The notes under the pieces were generated by a model. That model made no database searches. It saw only the letters and a program-made list of their open reading frames with translations, and was not told the origin of the DNA. From IMG/VR virus record IMGVR_UViG_3300017971_000295, positions 308-64,307 of that record: DNA of 64,000 nucleotides. One strand, given 5' to 3'. This document shows positions 37,002 through 47,903 of this stretch, one piece after another. Within the stretch, counting starts at the first letter, position 1. Every line of letters starts with the position of its first letter. The DNA is from a virus (taxonomy: Duplodnaviria > Caudoviricetes). The position numbers were made by a program, and so were the translations under genes.

Positions 37002-40000
37002 AGATTACAGAAAAAAATTTCCTCAATATGATGATCTTCCTGATGATCTGTTAGCAAAAGGGTTGTATCTAAAATATGGGGAAGCCGAAACGCCTGAATA
37101 CTTTGCTGAAAAGATTGGGTTTAGTGGGGTTATTGATGTTGAGCCACATCTAACGGAAGAAGTGGGATTTGTTCAGCAAGACGCTCCGATTGAAGAAGGT
37201 ATAAAAGCTTTAGGTGAGTTTCGTAAAGACCCTGCTTCATCATATACCCCTGAGTTGGTTGAGGGGGCAAAGTCTACTGCCAGGAGTGTCCTAAAATTTG
37301 CTGCAGATATAATTGAACCTGCGGCGCGTGGCTATAGCGAGAGTTTAAAATTTAAATCTAATATAACGGATAAAGATATAGATGTAAATCCTAAAGAACC
37401 TCCAGAACCATTGGTTGACAAATTAAAAAAGCTATATAATGCAGATATATTAAAAGAAAAAGAAACACCTGAAAGAAATGGAATTGTTGATAGTTATACG
37501 GCTGATTTTGTTAGAATGTTTCCGCAAATGGCGACAATGCTTGGTTCTGCTGCTGTTGGTGGTCCTATAGCGGGTGGAATGGCAATAGCTATACAAATAG
37601 CAGGCGGAACAAGTGAAGAACTTGAGAAGAAAGGTGTTCCGAAAGAAAAAGCGGTTCCTTTAGGTATTGCCAATGCGATCATGCAAGCACCGTTAGAGGC
37701 TATTGGTGCCGGAAAAATTTTAAGTGTTTGGAAACCTCAGAAGACCATACTTCAAAAGCTCAAAAAAATAACGGCGGCGGGATTCACGGAATGGTTTACG
37801 GAGCTTGTGCAAAGCTATCCGGACAAAGCAGTACATCTTATCGCAGAAAACCCCGATTTAAACGAGCTGAAAAAATGGGATAGATTTGTATCTGAGGTTT
37901 GGGATGCAACAAAGCAGGGAGCCTACGAAGGCACGCTGACCGCACCGTGGGCATTATTGGGGTTAGCAGGTCCGTCAAAGGCGATGCGGGAGGATGTCAA
38001 AGAAGACCAACCGCCAGAGACGCAACAGCGGGAAGATGGACTCCCGATGTCGATTAACAAGAGGATCATTGCCCAAAGAGCCGAAGCTTTGCAGTCCGTT
38101 CCCGCTTTGCCCACCGGTCAAGGTTTTGAGTATCAAAATTTGCAACGTGACAAGGCAAAAAGAGTAGCCAACCAGGAATACATTGACAGTCAACAGGCGG
38201 CGGTCGAAACGGAACTGATGCAAAATGAATCTGCCCGCGAAGCAATGCGTCGTGATGCCGAAAAGCGCAGAAAAGAGTTTGTCGAAAAGGACATGGTGAA
38301 ACCGTGGGGCAAAAACGAAAGGCGCATAGCGCGACAAATCAAGCTTGAATATGGCAATGATTACAGCATTGATACTGAACAGATGAAGAGGCTTGTATCA
38401 AATCGCAAGTTTTTTGATATGGAGGCGAAGCGTTTTGGGATTGAACAATACGAAAAGCCCAAAACCCCGGCTGAAAATTTAACATCTGCTATTGAAGCTG
38501 TCATTGATGCAAAATTAACACAGAGAGGTATTCCCGATGAAAAATTGTCAGAACAGAAACCAGAATTGTCAGAAAGCGCAGAATTGCCAGGGCAACAAGC
38601 ACAACAAGAGTTGCCAGAAAAGGCAAGGCTGTCAGAACAACCCGAAAAAATAAGGGAGGAAAAAGTTGCCGAAAGCATACGAAAAGATGAGGGACAAGTT
38701 CAAGAAGCAGGGGTTGAGCGACAAAGCCGCGAAGAAAAAAGCAGCCAGGATTTACAAATCGAAAAACCCCAAAAGGCCGGTGACGAGAAAGCGGCACAGG
38801 TAGAATCCGATATATCCGAAAAAGTTAAAAAGCGTATTCAGGGATTTGACAAAAGGCGCAATGAGCTTGAAAAAGAGGCTGCTGAGATTGAATCTGAGTT
38901 GTCGAAGAAAGAGCCTTGGGAGATGACTTATGATGAATATCGAAAATCATTGCGCGGAAAGCCAGATGAGTTTGGAATACATGGGAAATTTTCCGAAAAA
39001 GACCATAAGTATGCTCACAAAATTATAGTAACGGGTGCCATCCAAGAAGGCAAAATAGACAGCCATCCCGATTATCCGGAGTTGACGAAGAAGGCCGGGA
39101 AGCGTTCGGTTTCACGTGAAACGACGGCTCCGAAACCAACGGCCATCGGAACCGCATGGGTAGGAAATCAGTGGAAACCAATTCTAAGCGCAACCGAAAT
39201 AAAGCGGGGTAAAAATAAGGGAAAATTTAGGGTTGCTCTGCCTCAAAAAACATCTGCCGGCAATCAGAAAACGAAGATTGTTGATAGTGACGCTGTCCGT
39301 TTAAAAACAACGGCAGAACAGGTTATCAAAACCATAAAATCCCAATCCGGTGAAGCCCAAATAATAAACGATCTCGCTTCCTACGGCGCAGACCTAATCA
39401 AAAAAGGTCACGACACCTTTGCAAAATTCAAAACAGAAATGAAACGGCAGTTCGCAGAGGTTTGGGATAAGATAAGAAAATACATTCGCAGGGCGTATGG
39501 TTCAGCTAAGAAGATACTGAAATCTGAAAGGGGAGAGGTTACAGCATGGCATGGTTCTCCCCATAAATTTGAAAAGTTTTCGCTTGATAAGGTTGGAACC
39601 GGAGAAGGGGCGCAGGCTTTTGGATGGGGGCTTTATTTTACGGAAAAGAAAAATATTGCAAGACACTATGCGAATACCTTGAGTAGACGTAATAAACCAG
39701 ACAGGGCTTATGAAACCGCTAAAAAACTGGATGGCGAACTAAGAACAGCATTCAATTGGGCATTTGAGGACTTGGCTACTTACCAAGATGTAGACCATGC
39801 GGATGTGTTAACAGAAATCAACAATGTCGTATCCGGTTATGATAACAAATATTTTACTGATGATACGGTAGAACTTATCAATAAAAATAAGGACAAATTT
39901 AAAAATATTTTAGAAAGTGATTCCAACCTCTACCGAGTCAAACTATTCAAAGGCAAAGACCCATCTGAATATACTTGGCTGGATTGGGATAAGCCGGTTG

Positions 40001-43000
40001 ATGATGGATTGCTACGTAAAATTAAAAAAGCAGGGTTAGATGTATTTGACCCAAAAAACGATACGAGAATATCAAAAATTGATTTTGATAGGATGGCTGA
40101 TCTTGGTAGCAAGATGGCAACAAAAGGAAATTTGCCACCGGCTGAAATGGCAGAATGGAAAAAATTAAGAGAAACATACAAAAAAGATAGATACCGTTTG
40201 TATCCTGGTGAAAGTGGCGAGGACATTTACAGAAAACTTTCGCAAATAGCAGGTGGCAAGAAAGAAGCCTCCCTATTCCTCCAAAGAGCAGGTATAGACG
40301 GTATTCGTTATCCTGCCGGTTCCCTGTCTGGAATAAAAGACACCGGGGCTAAAAACTATGTGGTGTTTGATGAAAATGCGGTTGATATTGTCAAAGATAA
40401 GATTCTAAATAACGAATCCGGCCAATCAGAGTTGATATCGGACTTGGTTTTTGTCGGTGCGGAATACATTAGAAAAGGGGCAGATACCTTTACAAAATTC
40501 AGAGCTAAAATGAAGTCTGAGTTTGCTCCTGTCTGGGACCGGATAAAAAAATACATCAAGCAAGCCTGGGATGCCGCAAAGAAAGTTATATCAAACGAAC
40601 GTGGTGAAATAAAAATCGGAAGTGGTCGATTTAAAGAACCCTATAAAAAGATACGTGAATACCTGAAAGACAATCCAGAAGCTACTAATGAAGACATTAA
40701 AAAAGCTACTGGCATTGAATCTGAAACAATTAAGACGTTTCGTGAAACTGAAGAAACGCAGGGTGCGCCTGATATTTTAGACAAAAGCGAAAAAACCGTA
40801 GAAAAGAACACACAAGAACACAAAAAAGAATTAAAAGATTCAGAATCGGCTTTTGTCAGAACTATTATATCATATTTGCCCAAAAATCTTCAAAAATTAA
40901 CTTGGTTAGAAAAGGCTTTAAAATCCCCTGAATATTATACCCACAAAGTCGCAAGAAAAATAGTCAGGGTTGCGATAGAAAGACACGATTTGTTTTCTGA
41001 AAATTTTAATGATTTTAACAATGCCGAAGATTCATTTAGTGAAGAACCTACTGTTATTCAGGCAACTCAAAATTTAAAGCACAAAGGTTTAAGGTGGAGA
41101 GATATCGTAAGGGGGAAAGTATCAGAAGAATATAAAACTCTACTTGATATGGTTGATGATGGGGATACGACTTTTGAAAAGCCAAAAGACGCTACGATAG
41201 ATGAAGCTTTAAAGCTGTTTGAAGAAAAGTGGAAAGCGTTGGGAGCAACTGATGATGTAATAAATGTTTGGAAATTACAAAGAAAGGCATACGACAAAGC
41301 TCTTGAACGTATGATAAAGCCGATGCGCGAATTGCTTGCAAAAAAACAGGAGCAATCGGGTTTCAGCGGAGAAGACGTTTCTAAAGTTGATATCCCAGAA
41401 TTTATGAATTTCAGAGACGAAGACGGCAAGTTAAACAAAATGTCCCTGAAAGAAGTCATAAAAATGATGGAGTCTTGGAGAGGATTTTATGCGCCAAGAT
41501 TAAGGGTTGGCAATTGGGTTGTCAGAGCAACGAAAGGAGCAGGAGTTAACAGGGAATATATTAGGGAACACAGGTTTACTAAATTATCTGCCAACAAACT
41601 TGCCAATAAATTAAAAAAAGAAGGTTGGGATATTACCAAAGATGATAAGGGTAACTGGGTAACTGAGGATACTAAATTTCGTGAAAGTGTTATGCAGCAT
41701 ATAAAAGTTGCCGATACCGCAAAACTCCTTGAAGCTGCAAGCAATAATATAAAGGATGTAGACCCTGAATTAAGAATAAAATTTGCAGAGGATTTAATTC
41801 AGCAAACAGCCGACCTTATAAGAGCAAGGGGCTTTAGGTCTACCATGATTCACCGTAAAACAGGTGATGTTGTTAAGGGATATATTGAAGATCCTTTAGA
41901 AAGGTTTACCCGTTATATATCCAATACGGCTGCGGGGTTGGCTAAAAATGAATCAGCGTCAAAAATGGTCAAGATTTTATTGGGTAGATACAATGCTAAA
42001 GGAGAGAAAGAAGGGGGTATTGATCCAGAAAAAGAACATCGTGTCTACGCTACGATGCAAAAATATATTGATGAGCAATTAAGAAATGCCGACTTGTCAG
42101 ATAGAGTTGTTGGTATGGCTAAATCATTGGCAACATTTAAATATCTTGGCTTGCCAAATGTCAGAGCACCGTTTATCAACAAAACTGCAATGCTTACTAC
42201 CGTACCCGCTGCAATACATGAATATGTCGGAAAGGGCAAGGTTCCGTTTAGAAAGATTTTAACTGAAATCTTAAAAGCTGAAAAAGATTATGATGCGTTC
42301 ATGATAAAAGGAACCTCAAAAAATCTTAGCAGGGACGAAAAAATCTGGTTAGAAGAAATCAAGCAAAAGGGTTATGACGATCCACAGTATACAAGAGATG
42401 CTATCGGAACTATTCAGTCTTTACACGGGCGAGCATGGTCAAAAGCAATGCAGGGATCTATGTGGCTTTTTGGTAAAACAGAGATGTCTAACCGTGGGGC
42501 GACGTTGCTTGCGGGATACCGTATAGCTAAAAAAGCAGGAGAAGCATCAGTGGATTCTCAGGCATTAGCTAAAAAAGCAATGGAAAGGGCACATGCGCTT
42601 TATGGTAAGGCCACCCTACCTGAATGGGCGCAGGGACCGCACCTTGCTGCGAAAGTGGGTCAGATGCTTTATGTGTATGGGAAGTTCGGACATAACTATG
42701 CTCAGATGCTTTACAACCTTGGAGTCAAGAAAAAAAACATAAAAGCTTTGATGTGGGGGTTGTCTTCCAATGTTGTCCTTGGTGGAGCTAAGTCGTTTAT
42801 TCTTATAAATTTTATAGCTGGCATGGCTAAGTTTTTAATGCCTGATGAAAGGGATCCTGAAAAGATTTTTTGGGATGGTGTTAGGGAAAATTTAGGTGAT
42901 ACGGGGGAAAGGGTTCTACGGTATGGTGCAGTGGGGGCGTTAGGCGGCGATATTTCAGGTTCATTGTCATTTGATCCTGCGGTTCCCAAAAACTTTCTTG

Positions 43001-43524
43001 AATTAACAGGTGCAATTGGTGGGGTTATAAATGACGCTATTCAGGCAAAAGAATACATAACAACTGGAAATGTCTATAGGTCTTTTGAGGTTTTGCTTCC
43101 TACCGGAATGGGTAACGTTTTAAAAGCAGCAAGAGAAAGCAAGTATGGTGCAATCACAAAGTATGGGAACGTAATTTGGGATGAAAATGGAAAACCCTAT
43201 CGACCGTCTGCGGCAGAAACAGCTTTGAAAGTTGTAGGGTTCAGGTCTGCAAGAAGGGCAACTGTTCAAGATAGGCAATGGGAACAAAAAAAGGAACAAT
43301 ATAATTTTTCTGAAACAAGAAATAAAATATACAAAGAATACCGCGATTATATTTTAAACCCCGAAAAAGAAAAGTTAAAGAAAATCTATAAGAAAATACA
43401 TGAATATAATGAAAGAGTGAAGTCTCTTGGAAGGCAAAGAACAATACCACCAATAACCAAAAGATCTTTAAAAGCGCAACTAAGAAAAATGAAAAAGCCG
43501 ACTAAACGAGAAAGGCTTAAATAA
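36991..43524 (+). CDS. Large polyvalent ejection protein with ADP-ribosyltransferase-like domain and PLxRFG-like C-terminal region
   Basis: AWHGSPHKFEKF...GTGEGAQAFGWGLYF...GIRY...NYVVFD; YAPRLRVG; 2177 aa. Confidence 0.8.
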   Translation: MSLKDYRKKFPQYDDLPDDLLAKGLYLKYGEAETPEYFAEKIGFSGVIDVEPHLTEEVGFVQQDAPIEEGIKALGEFRKDPASSYTPELVEGAKSTARSVLKFAADIIEPAARGYSESLKFKSNITDKDIDVNPKEPPEPLVDKLKKLYNADILKEKETPERNGIVDSYTADFVRMFPQMATMLGSAAVGGPIAGGMAIAIQIAGGTSEELEKKGVPKEKAVPLGIANAIMQAPLEAIGAGKILSVWKPQKTILQKLKKITAAGFTEWFTELVQSYPDKAVHLIAENPDLNELKKWDRFVSEVWDATKQGAYEGTLTAPWALLGLAGPSKAMREDVKEDQPPETQQREDGLPMSINKRIIAQRAEALQSVPALPTGQGFEYQNLQRDKAKRVANQEYIDSQQAAVETELMQNESAREAMRRDAEKRRKEFVEKDMVKPWGKNERRIARQIKLEYGNDYSIDTEQMKRLVSNRKFFDMEAKRFGIEQYEKPKTPAENLTSAIEAVIDAKLTQRGIPDEKLSEQKPELSESAELPGQQAQQELPEKARLSEQPEKIREEKVAESIRKDEGQVQEAGVERQSREEKSSQDLQIEKPQKAGDEKAAQVESDISEKVKKRIQGFDKRRNELEKEAAEIESELSKKEPWEMTYDEYRKSLRGKPDEFGIHGKFSEKDHKYAHKIIVTGAIQEGKIDSHPDYPELTKKAGKRSVSRETTAPKPTAIGTAWVGNQWKPILSATEIKRGKNKGKFRVALPQKTSAGNQKTKIVDSDAVRLKTTAEQVIKTIKSQSGEAQIINDLASYGADLIKKGHDTFAKFKTEMKRQFAEVWDKIRKYIRRAYGSAKKILKSERGEVTAWHGSPHKFEKFSLDKVGTGEGAQAFGWGLYFTEKKNIARHYANTLSRRNKPDRAYETAKKLDGELRTAFNWAFEDLATYQDVDHADVLTEINNVVSGYDNKYFTDDTVELINKNKDKFKNILESDSNLYRVKLFKGKDPSEYTWLDWDKPVDDGLLRKIKKAGLDVFDPKNDTRISKIDFDRMADLGSKMATKGNLPPAEMAEWKKLRETYKKDRYRLYPGESGEDIYRKLSQIAGGKKEASLFLQRAGIDGIRYPAGSLSGIKDTGAKNYVVFDENAVDIVKDKILNNESGQSELISDLVFVGAEYIRKGADTFTKFRAKMKSEFAPVWDRIKKYIKQAWDAAKKVISNERGEIKIGSGRFKEPYKKIREYLKDNPEATNEDIKKATGIESETIKTFRETEETQGAPDILDKSEKTVEKNTQEHKKELKDSESAFVRTIISYLPKNLQKLTWLEKALKSPEYYTHKVARKIVRVAIERHDLFSENFNDFNNAEDSFSEEPTVIQATQNLKHKGLRWRDIVRGKVSEEYKTLLDMVDDGDTTFEKPKDATIDEALKLFEEKWKALGATDDVINVWKLQRKAYDKALERMIKPMRELLAKKQEQSGFSGEDVSKVDIPEFMNFRDEDGKLNKMSLKEVIKMMESWRGFYAPRLRVGNWVVRATKGAGVNREYIREHRFTKLSANKLANKLKKEGWDITKDDKGNWVTEDTKFRESVMQHIKVADTAKLLEAASNNIKDVDPELRIKFAEDLIQQTADLIRARGFRSTMIHRKTGDVVKGYIEDPLERFTRYISNTAAGLAKNESASKMVKILLGRYNAKGEKEGGIDPEKEHRVYATMQKYIDEQLRNADLSDRVVGMAKSLATFKYLGLPNVRAPFINKTAMLTTVPAAIHEYVGKGKVPFRKILTEILKAEKDYDAFMIKGTSKNLSRDEKIWLEEIKQKGYDDPQYTRDAIGTIQSLHGRAWSKAMQGSMWLFGKTEMSNRGATLLAGYRIAKKAGEASVDSQALAKKAMERAHALYGKATLPEWAQGPHLAAKVGQMLYVYGKFGHNYAQMLYNLGVKKKNIKALMWGLSSNVVLGGAKSFILINFIAGMAKFLMPDERDPEKIFWDGVRENLGDTGERVLRYGAVGALGGDISGSLSFDPAVPKNFLELTGAIGGVINDAIQAKEYITTGNVYRSFEVLLPTGMGNVLKAARESKYGAITKYGNVIWDENGKPYRPSAAETALKVVGFRSARRATVQDRQWEQKKEQYNFSETRNKIYKEYRDYILNPEKEKLKKIYKKIHEYNERVKSLGRQRTIPPITKRSLKAQLRKMKKPTKRERLK

Positions 43525-43538
43525 ATGGAGAAATAATC

Positions 43539-43964
43539 ATGGCAGGAACAGTAACGGAAACCGGTAGAGCATCAAATGTTTTCAACGAAATTATAGTAAC
43601 GCTTGCGTGTACGTCAGATGCTTCTGCGGGTACAATCCCAGACACTAATTTAACAGGTTTGGAAAAATACGAATTAAAAGAAGTTGTCAACATCAACCCT
43701 GCGTCTGCGCAACCGTCTACTGCTTATTTGATAGCGATAGAAGATGCTGATGGGTTGAGGATGTTCACTTCTCCGACATCGAGAAGCGTAACGGCAAGTG
43801 CGGCGGAAAGTACCGGTGGACACGAAACTTTGGGGTGGTATCCCCGTGTAGACGGTACTATCACGGTGAAGTTTAGAACTGCCGCTGATGACGGAGCCGC
43901 AGATGTTGGCAATTCTAAAACGCTAACTGTAAGGCTACGTTTTGAACGCAAACGGGGTAACTAA
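43539..43964 (+). CDS. Small beta-rich virion protein, no signal peptide
   Basis: MAGTVTET start, Thr/Ala-rich; SD GGAG. Confidence 0.6.
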   Translation: MAGTVTETGRASNVFNEIIVTLACTSDASAGTIPDTNLTGLEKYELKEVVNINPASAQPSTAYLIAIEDADGLRMFTSPTSRSVTASAAESTGGHETLGWYPRVDGTITVKFRTAADDGAADVGNSKTLTVRLRFERKRGN

Positions 43965-43965
43965 T

Positions 43966-44442
43966 ATGAAACGATTGCTTGTTATATTAATATTGTTATG
44001 TGCGTCCGTTGCTTTTGCGGCTCCCCCTGGAACCGTGTCAAAGGGGGATATTGTATATCCTATCAGCAAAAAGACATTCTCTGCACGTAAAACAGGTGTT
44101 GAAATCACCACCGACACGACATTAACTGAAAATCAATGTTTGTCAACGTATATTACCAATCAGGGCGCATCCGGTGAGGTAGATATAACTTTAGATGATT
44201 TGTCATATCGTGTTGCGGTTATGTTTATTGTGGAAGAGGAACAGGTCATTGAGATAAATCCGCCAAGTGGGGAAGCGTTTGACTTAAACGGTACGGCTTT
44301 GGATGCCAATGATTGTGTGGATTCTGATACAACTGTGGGTTCAAAGATTATGGCTGTTCGCATGAAAAACGCTTCCGGTACGTGGGTTTGGAGTCTTGAT
44401 TCTATAAGAGGAGCGTGGGTTGATACCGGTGCTTCGGATTAA
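43966..44442 (+). CDS. Signal-peptide protein with fibre adaptor-like domain
   Basis: MKRLLVILILLCASVAFA|AP; mature part resembles the C-terminal domain of 47904..51347. Confidence 0.7.
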   Translation: MKRLLVILILLCASVAFAAPPGTVSKGDIVYPISKKTFSARKTGVEITTDTTLTENQCLSTYITNQGASGEVDITLDDLSYRVAVMFIVEEEQVIEINPPSGEAFDLNGTALDANDCVDSDTTVGSKIMAVRMKNASGTWVWSLDSIRGAWVDTGASD

Positions 44443-44452
44443 GGGGGATATA

Positions 44453-44995
44453 ATGAAAAAGATATTTCTTTCAATTATTTTGCTGTTTTTGTTTTCCGCT
44501 TTCGCACATGCTGGACAGTTCCATTTATTTTTTATCGCACAGCAGACCGCAGACAAACCGGCCGAGGGTTACTCGTGTTGGGTGATCAATTCCGGTGGTC
44601 AGGAATACTATTTTGCCGAACACGGCGTTGAAATGCCGGAGGGTTACACGGTTAGACGGGCTTATTTGTTAGCTTCGTCTGGTGCTAATGATATGATCTA
44701 TTATTTTACGAGAAACGCACAGGCGGCACAGATCGGCAGCGTAGCCACAGAATATGCCGGTGGTAGCAAGACCACAACGTCAGCAGCCTGGGTTGATTTT
44801 ACTTTCAGAAGCTATGAACAGGTCGGAATTCACTCAGGATTTCCGGCAGGGGCAGCGGCCAGACTGGTATTAAACGCTTCATGGAAAGAAGAAGGCGAGT
44901 GGGTTTTCGGAACCGCTGGCGATTGGAAAACAGCGGGATTTCCGGCTGATTCAGCCACAGTAAATATCGGGATGCAAATTCTTGGAGCAGATTGA
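44453..44995 (+). CDS. Signal-peptide protein
   Basis: MKKIFLSIILLFLFSAFAHA|GQ. Confidence 0.7.
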   Translation: MKKIFLSIILLFLFSAFAHAGQFHLFFIAQQTADKPAEGYSCWVINSGGQEYYFAEHGVEMPEGYTVRRAYLLASSGANDMIYYFTRNAQAAQIGSVATEYAGGSKTTTSAAWVDFTFRSYEQVGIHSGFPAGAAARLVLNASWKEEGEWVFGTAGDWKTAGFPADSATVNIGMQILGAD

Positions 44996-47877
44996 TGAAG
45001 CTCATTAAATATATTGCCATAGTTTTACTACTTGTCTCACCTTGTTTTGCGGCCAACAAGGTCGTTGACATTGATTTTTCCCAGGGTCAGGCACATGATC
45101 GAATGTCAGGCGTGTCCGCAAATCAGCTATCGACCATCGGTGCGTCGACTGGCACTTTGCAAGGTGTTTTGACAACGTTTCATCCCGAAATGGATCAGTT
45201 GATTGATACCTCTGCAATCAATGATATTACTACGTGGTGGACGTTATCTGGTGCTGCGAATAGTACATATAATTCATTTATATCAGATAATCAGACACAG
45301 GGATATTCTTCCATTAAATATGATGGAGTGTTTTTATCTTCAGGTCAAACTTACATGGTTGTATGGGAGGCAAAGGCCGGGGCTGATGGTTGGGTTAGTC
45401 TTTATATCAGGAATGGAGTTACATCCGCCACCCCCGAAGGCGGGTTTAATCTATCTGCTGGCACTCTTGGCACGCAGGATGCTTTATTTTCTTCTTCAAT
45501 CTCCTCAGTTGGTGACGGATGGTATAGGTGCGCGGTTTGCTTTACAAAAACAGATGCCAATTCTGACGATAGGTTTAGGCTTTATGCCGCAGAAGGTGAT
45601 GGAGATCGGACTGTTGATGGAGATGGCACTTCTGCATCTTTTTACATCCGCAACATCAACGTCGTAAAACTCCCTTCCGGCAACGTCATAGGGTCGGACC
45701 TGTTTGATCAGGAGTCCACGACTTCAATAACTTCCGGATCAGATACAGCGGTTGGAAGTATTTACCGCATAGTATCCCAAAGCACATTAGATTTTACCAC
45801 GGTTGGCGCTCCTGACAATGATGCTGATACGGTGTTTATAGCAACGGCAGTGGATACGCTTGGTTCGGGTGATGAGTTAGATAGAATAGACTCCCCCCAC
45901 AAAGGCACGTACGGCAACCCTTACAGCCTGGGCACCGAAGCAATCACGGCGCAAAATGACCGGGATTTTAGCTCCGGGACTATTGGGAATTGGGTTATCT
46001 ATGACGATTCTACTGATTCCACGGTGACATATTCTACCGCAGACCTGGACGGCGCAGACGACAAACAAGCATTAATTACGGTAGACGAGACAACCGATGC
46101 TTGTACTTACGCCTACGCCCAAATACCATCGACGGCACTTAGCTTAACTGCGAATAAGCTCCACACAATTTCAGCATGGGTTCATACCCCTGCTGCAAAC
46201 ACTTTACAGGATGCCCATATCACAGTCACCAATATGACGGGTGCGATTGTGGTAGACGGCAGCACGACCATCGGTGATGACGATTATACCAAGATAACCG
46301 CCTACGTTTACCTTGCCGCCGATATTGTGGGTGAGGTCAACATCGGTTTTGACGGTGATCCGGCAGACGGCGACTTGATGTATATAGATGATAATTCAGT
46401 TCGTGCGGTTCAGACTTCATGGGCTCCAACAGGCACGAACACCCTTTCTATAGACGCCGACGAAGACCAGATGGTATTTACCTATGTTGATACCGACACC
46501 CTTGCTACTTTGACTTTGGCTGATGCTGCTGACCAGTCAGACGATCTCACAGTAGGCAAATGGTATCAAGTGACCTGTACCGATTGCGAAGCTGATAACG
46601 GCGACATAGACATAGAAATAGCCGAGTCAGACGACACCGAGCTTCAAAGCATTACTTTAACCGGAGATGCGGCGGCAGATGATTACGAGATAGTTTTCAG
46701 ATGCACAAATGCCACCACAAATAAAATCCAGTTTGATAATGCGGCGGCAACTGAGATAGCAAGAATCGGGAAACTGGAGATCAAAGAAATCCCCGACTAC
46801 GCATATCTAAGCCCGCCCCCTGTCACCCTGACCGACACTTCTCCAGCGCAACCCGTCTTTGATGAGAGCATAGACGGTACAAGGCGGTTGGTGGGTGAGG
46901 GATCGGGGGTTAATCTGATTTGGTATTCGGAGGATTTTTCATACTGGACAAACTCTAACACCACGGACACGGCAGACGTAACAGGCCCGGACGGAACGGC
47001 TAATTCCGCAACTACCCTGACAGCGACCGATGCCAATGGGACATTAAAATATACCGTAGCCCCGACTTTAGACGGCTCGACTTACACCTATTCTATCTGG
47101 ATGAAAAGACTTTCAGGAACAGGCAATATCGACCTGACGGAAGATGACGGATCAACCTGGACCACCAAGACTCTAACTTCCTCATGGCAGAGATTTTCTA
47201 TTACTGGAACCGAGACTTCTCCGGTTGTTGGAATCCGAATAGTAACGAACGGAGACTCAATAGCGATATTCGGTGCACAGCTTGAACCTTCTGCTTTTAT
47301 GACTTCTTATATTAAATCTAACGGATGCCCTACAGCCAGAGCGACAAAAGCGGCGGACGGCACGATAGGGTATCAGTGGACACAAAGCACCCGCTGGAAA
47401 ACCGCCTTAAGCTCAAGTTCAGAATTTACTTTAGCCGTCAATTGGACTCCCATGTTTGATGCAGGGGATTGCTCCGGTGAAATCGGAATTGTTTCGGTTT
47501 CCGAGTCAGCTAATTCAGTGATTACATACGACTGCGACAACACCCAATTTGAGATCCACGATGGCACGAATACGGCTTTTGTTGATTGCACAATCGTAGC
47601 AGAGACCGAATATAATATAGTCGGTAGGGGCGATTATGATGCAGATGGCGGATCGGGGTATCTCGCCATCTCAGAAGGTCATGGTGGAAGCTATACCCAC
47701 GGAAGCACAACCGCTTATGATGGCTCTATGGGGCCTGGCAATGAAATGTGGCTTGCATGGTCAAATGAGTATCCAGGGCATTATGGCGGAATTTACGGGT
47801 TAATAGGATACCTTTCTAACGCTCAGATTGAGGCAGAAATCTGGGACAATGCTCCTGCCATTACAATGGGGTTTTAA
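44995..47877 (+). CDS. Signal-peptide spike/fibre protein with several carbohydrate-binding-like jelly-roll domains and LamG-like C-terminus
   Basis: MKLIKYIAIVLLLVSPCFA|AN; VGDGWYRC, GEGSGVNLIWYSEDFS.W and GAQLE..AFMTSYI are phage spike motifs. Confidence 0.75.
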   Translation: MKLIKYIAIVLLLVSPCFAANKVVDIDFSQGQAHDRMSGVSANQLSTIGASTGTLQGVLTTFHPEMDQLIDTSAINDITTWWTLSGAANSTYNSFISDNQTQGYSSIKYDGVFLSSGQTYMVVWEAKAGADGWVSLYIRNGVTSATPEGGFNLSAGTLGTQDALFSSSISSVGDGWYRCAVCFTKTDANSDDRFRLYAAEGDGDRTVDGDGTSASFYIRNINVVKLPSGNVIGSDLFDQESTTSITSGSDTAVGSIYRIVSQSTLDFTTVGAPDNDADTVFIATAVDTLGSGDELDRIDSPHKGTYGNPYSLGTEAITAQNDRDFSSGTIGNWVIYDDSTDSTVTYSTADLDGADDKQALITVDETTDACTYAYAQIPSTALSLTANKLHTISAWVHTPAANTLQDAHITVTNMTGAIVVDGSTTIGDDDYTKITAYVYLAADIVGEVNIGFDGDPADGDLMYIDDNSVRAVQTSWAPTGTNTLSIDADEDQMVFTYVDTDTLATLTLADAADQSDDLTVGKWYQVTCTDCEADNGDIDIEIAESDDTELQSITLTGDAAADDYEIVFRCTNATTNKIQFDNAAATEIARIGKLEIKEIPDYAYLSPPPVTLTDTSPAQPVFDESIDGTRRLVGEGSGVNLIWYSEDFSYWTNSNTTDTADVTGPDGTANSATTLTATDANGTLKYTVAPTLDGSTYTYSIWMKRLSGTGNIDLTEDDGSTWTTKTLTSSWQRFSITGTETSPVVGIRIVTNGDSIAIFGAQLEPSAFMTSYIKSNGCPTARATKAADGTIGYQWTQSTRWKTALSSSSEFTLAVNWTPMFDAGDCSGEIGIVSVSESANSVITYDCDNTQFEIHDGTNTAFVDCTIVAETEYNIVGRGDYDADGGSGYLAISEGHGGSYTHGSTTAYDGSMGPGNEMWLAWSNEYPGHYGGIYGLIGYLSNAQIEAEIWDNAPAITMGF

Positions 47878-47903
47878 AATTTAACTAATCGAGACTTAAT
47901 CTT

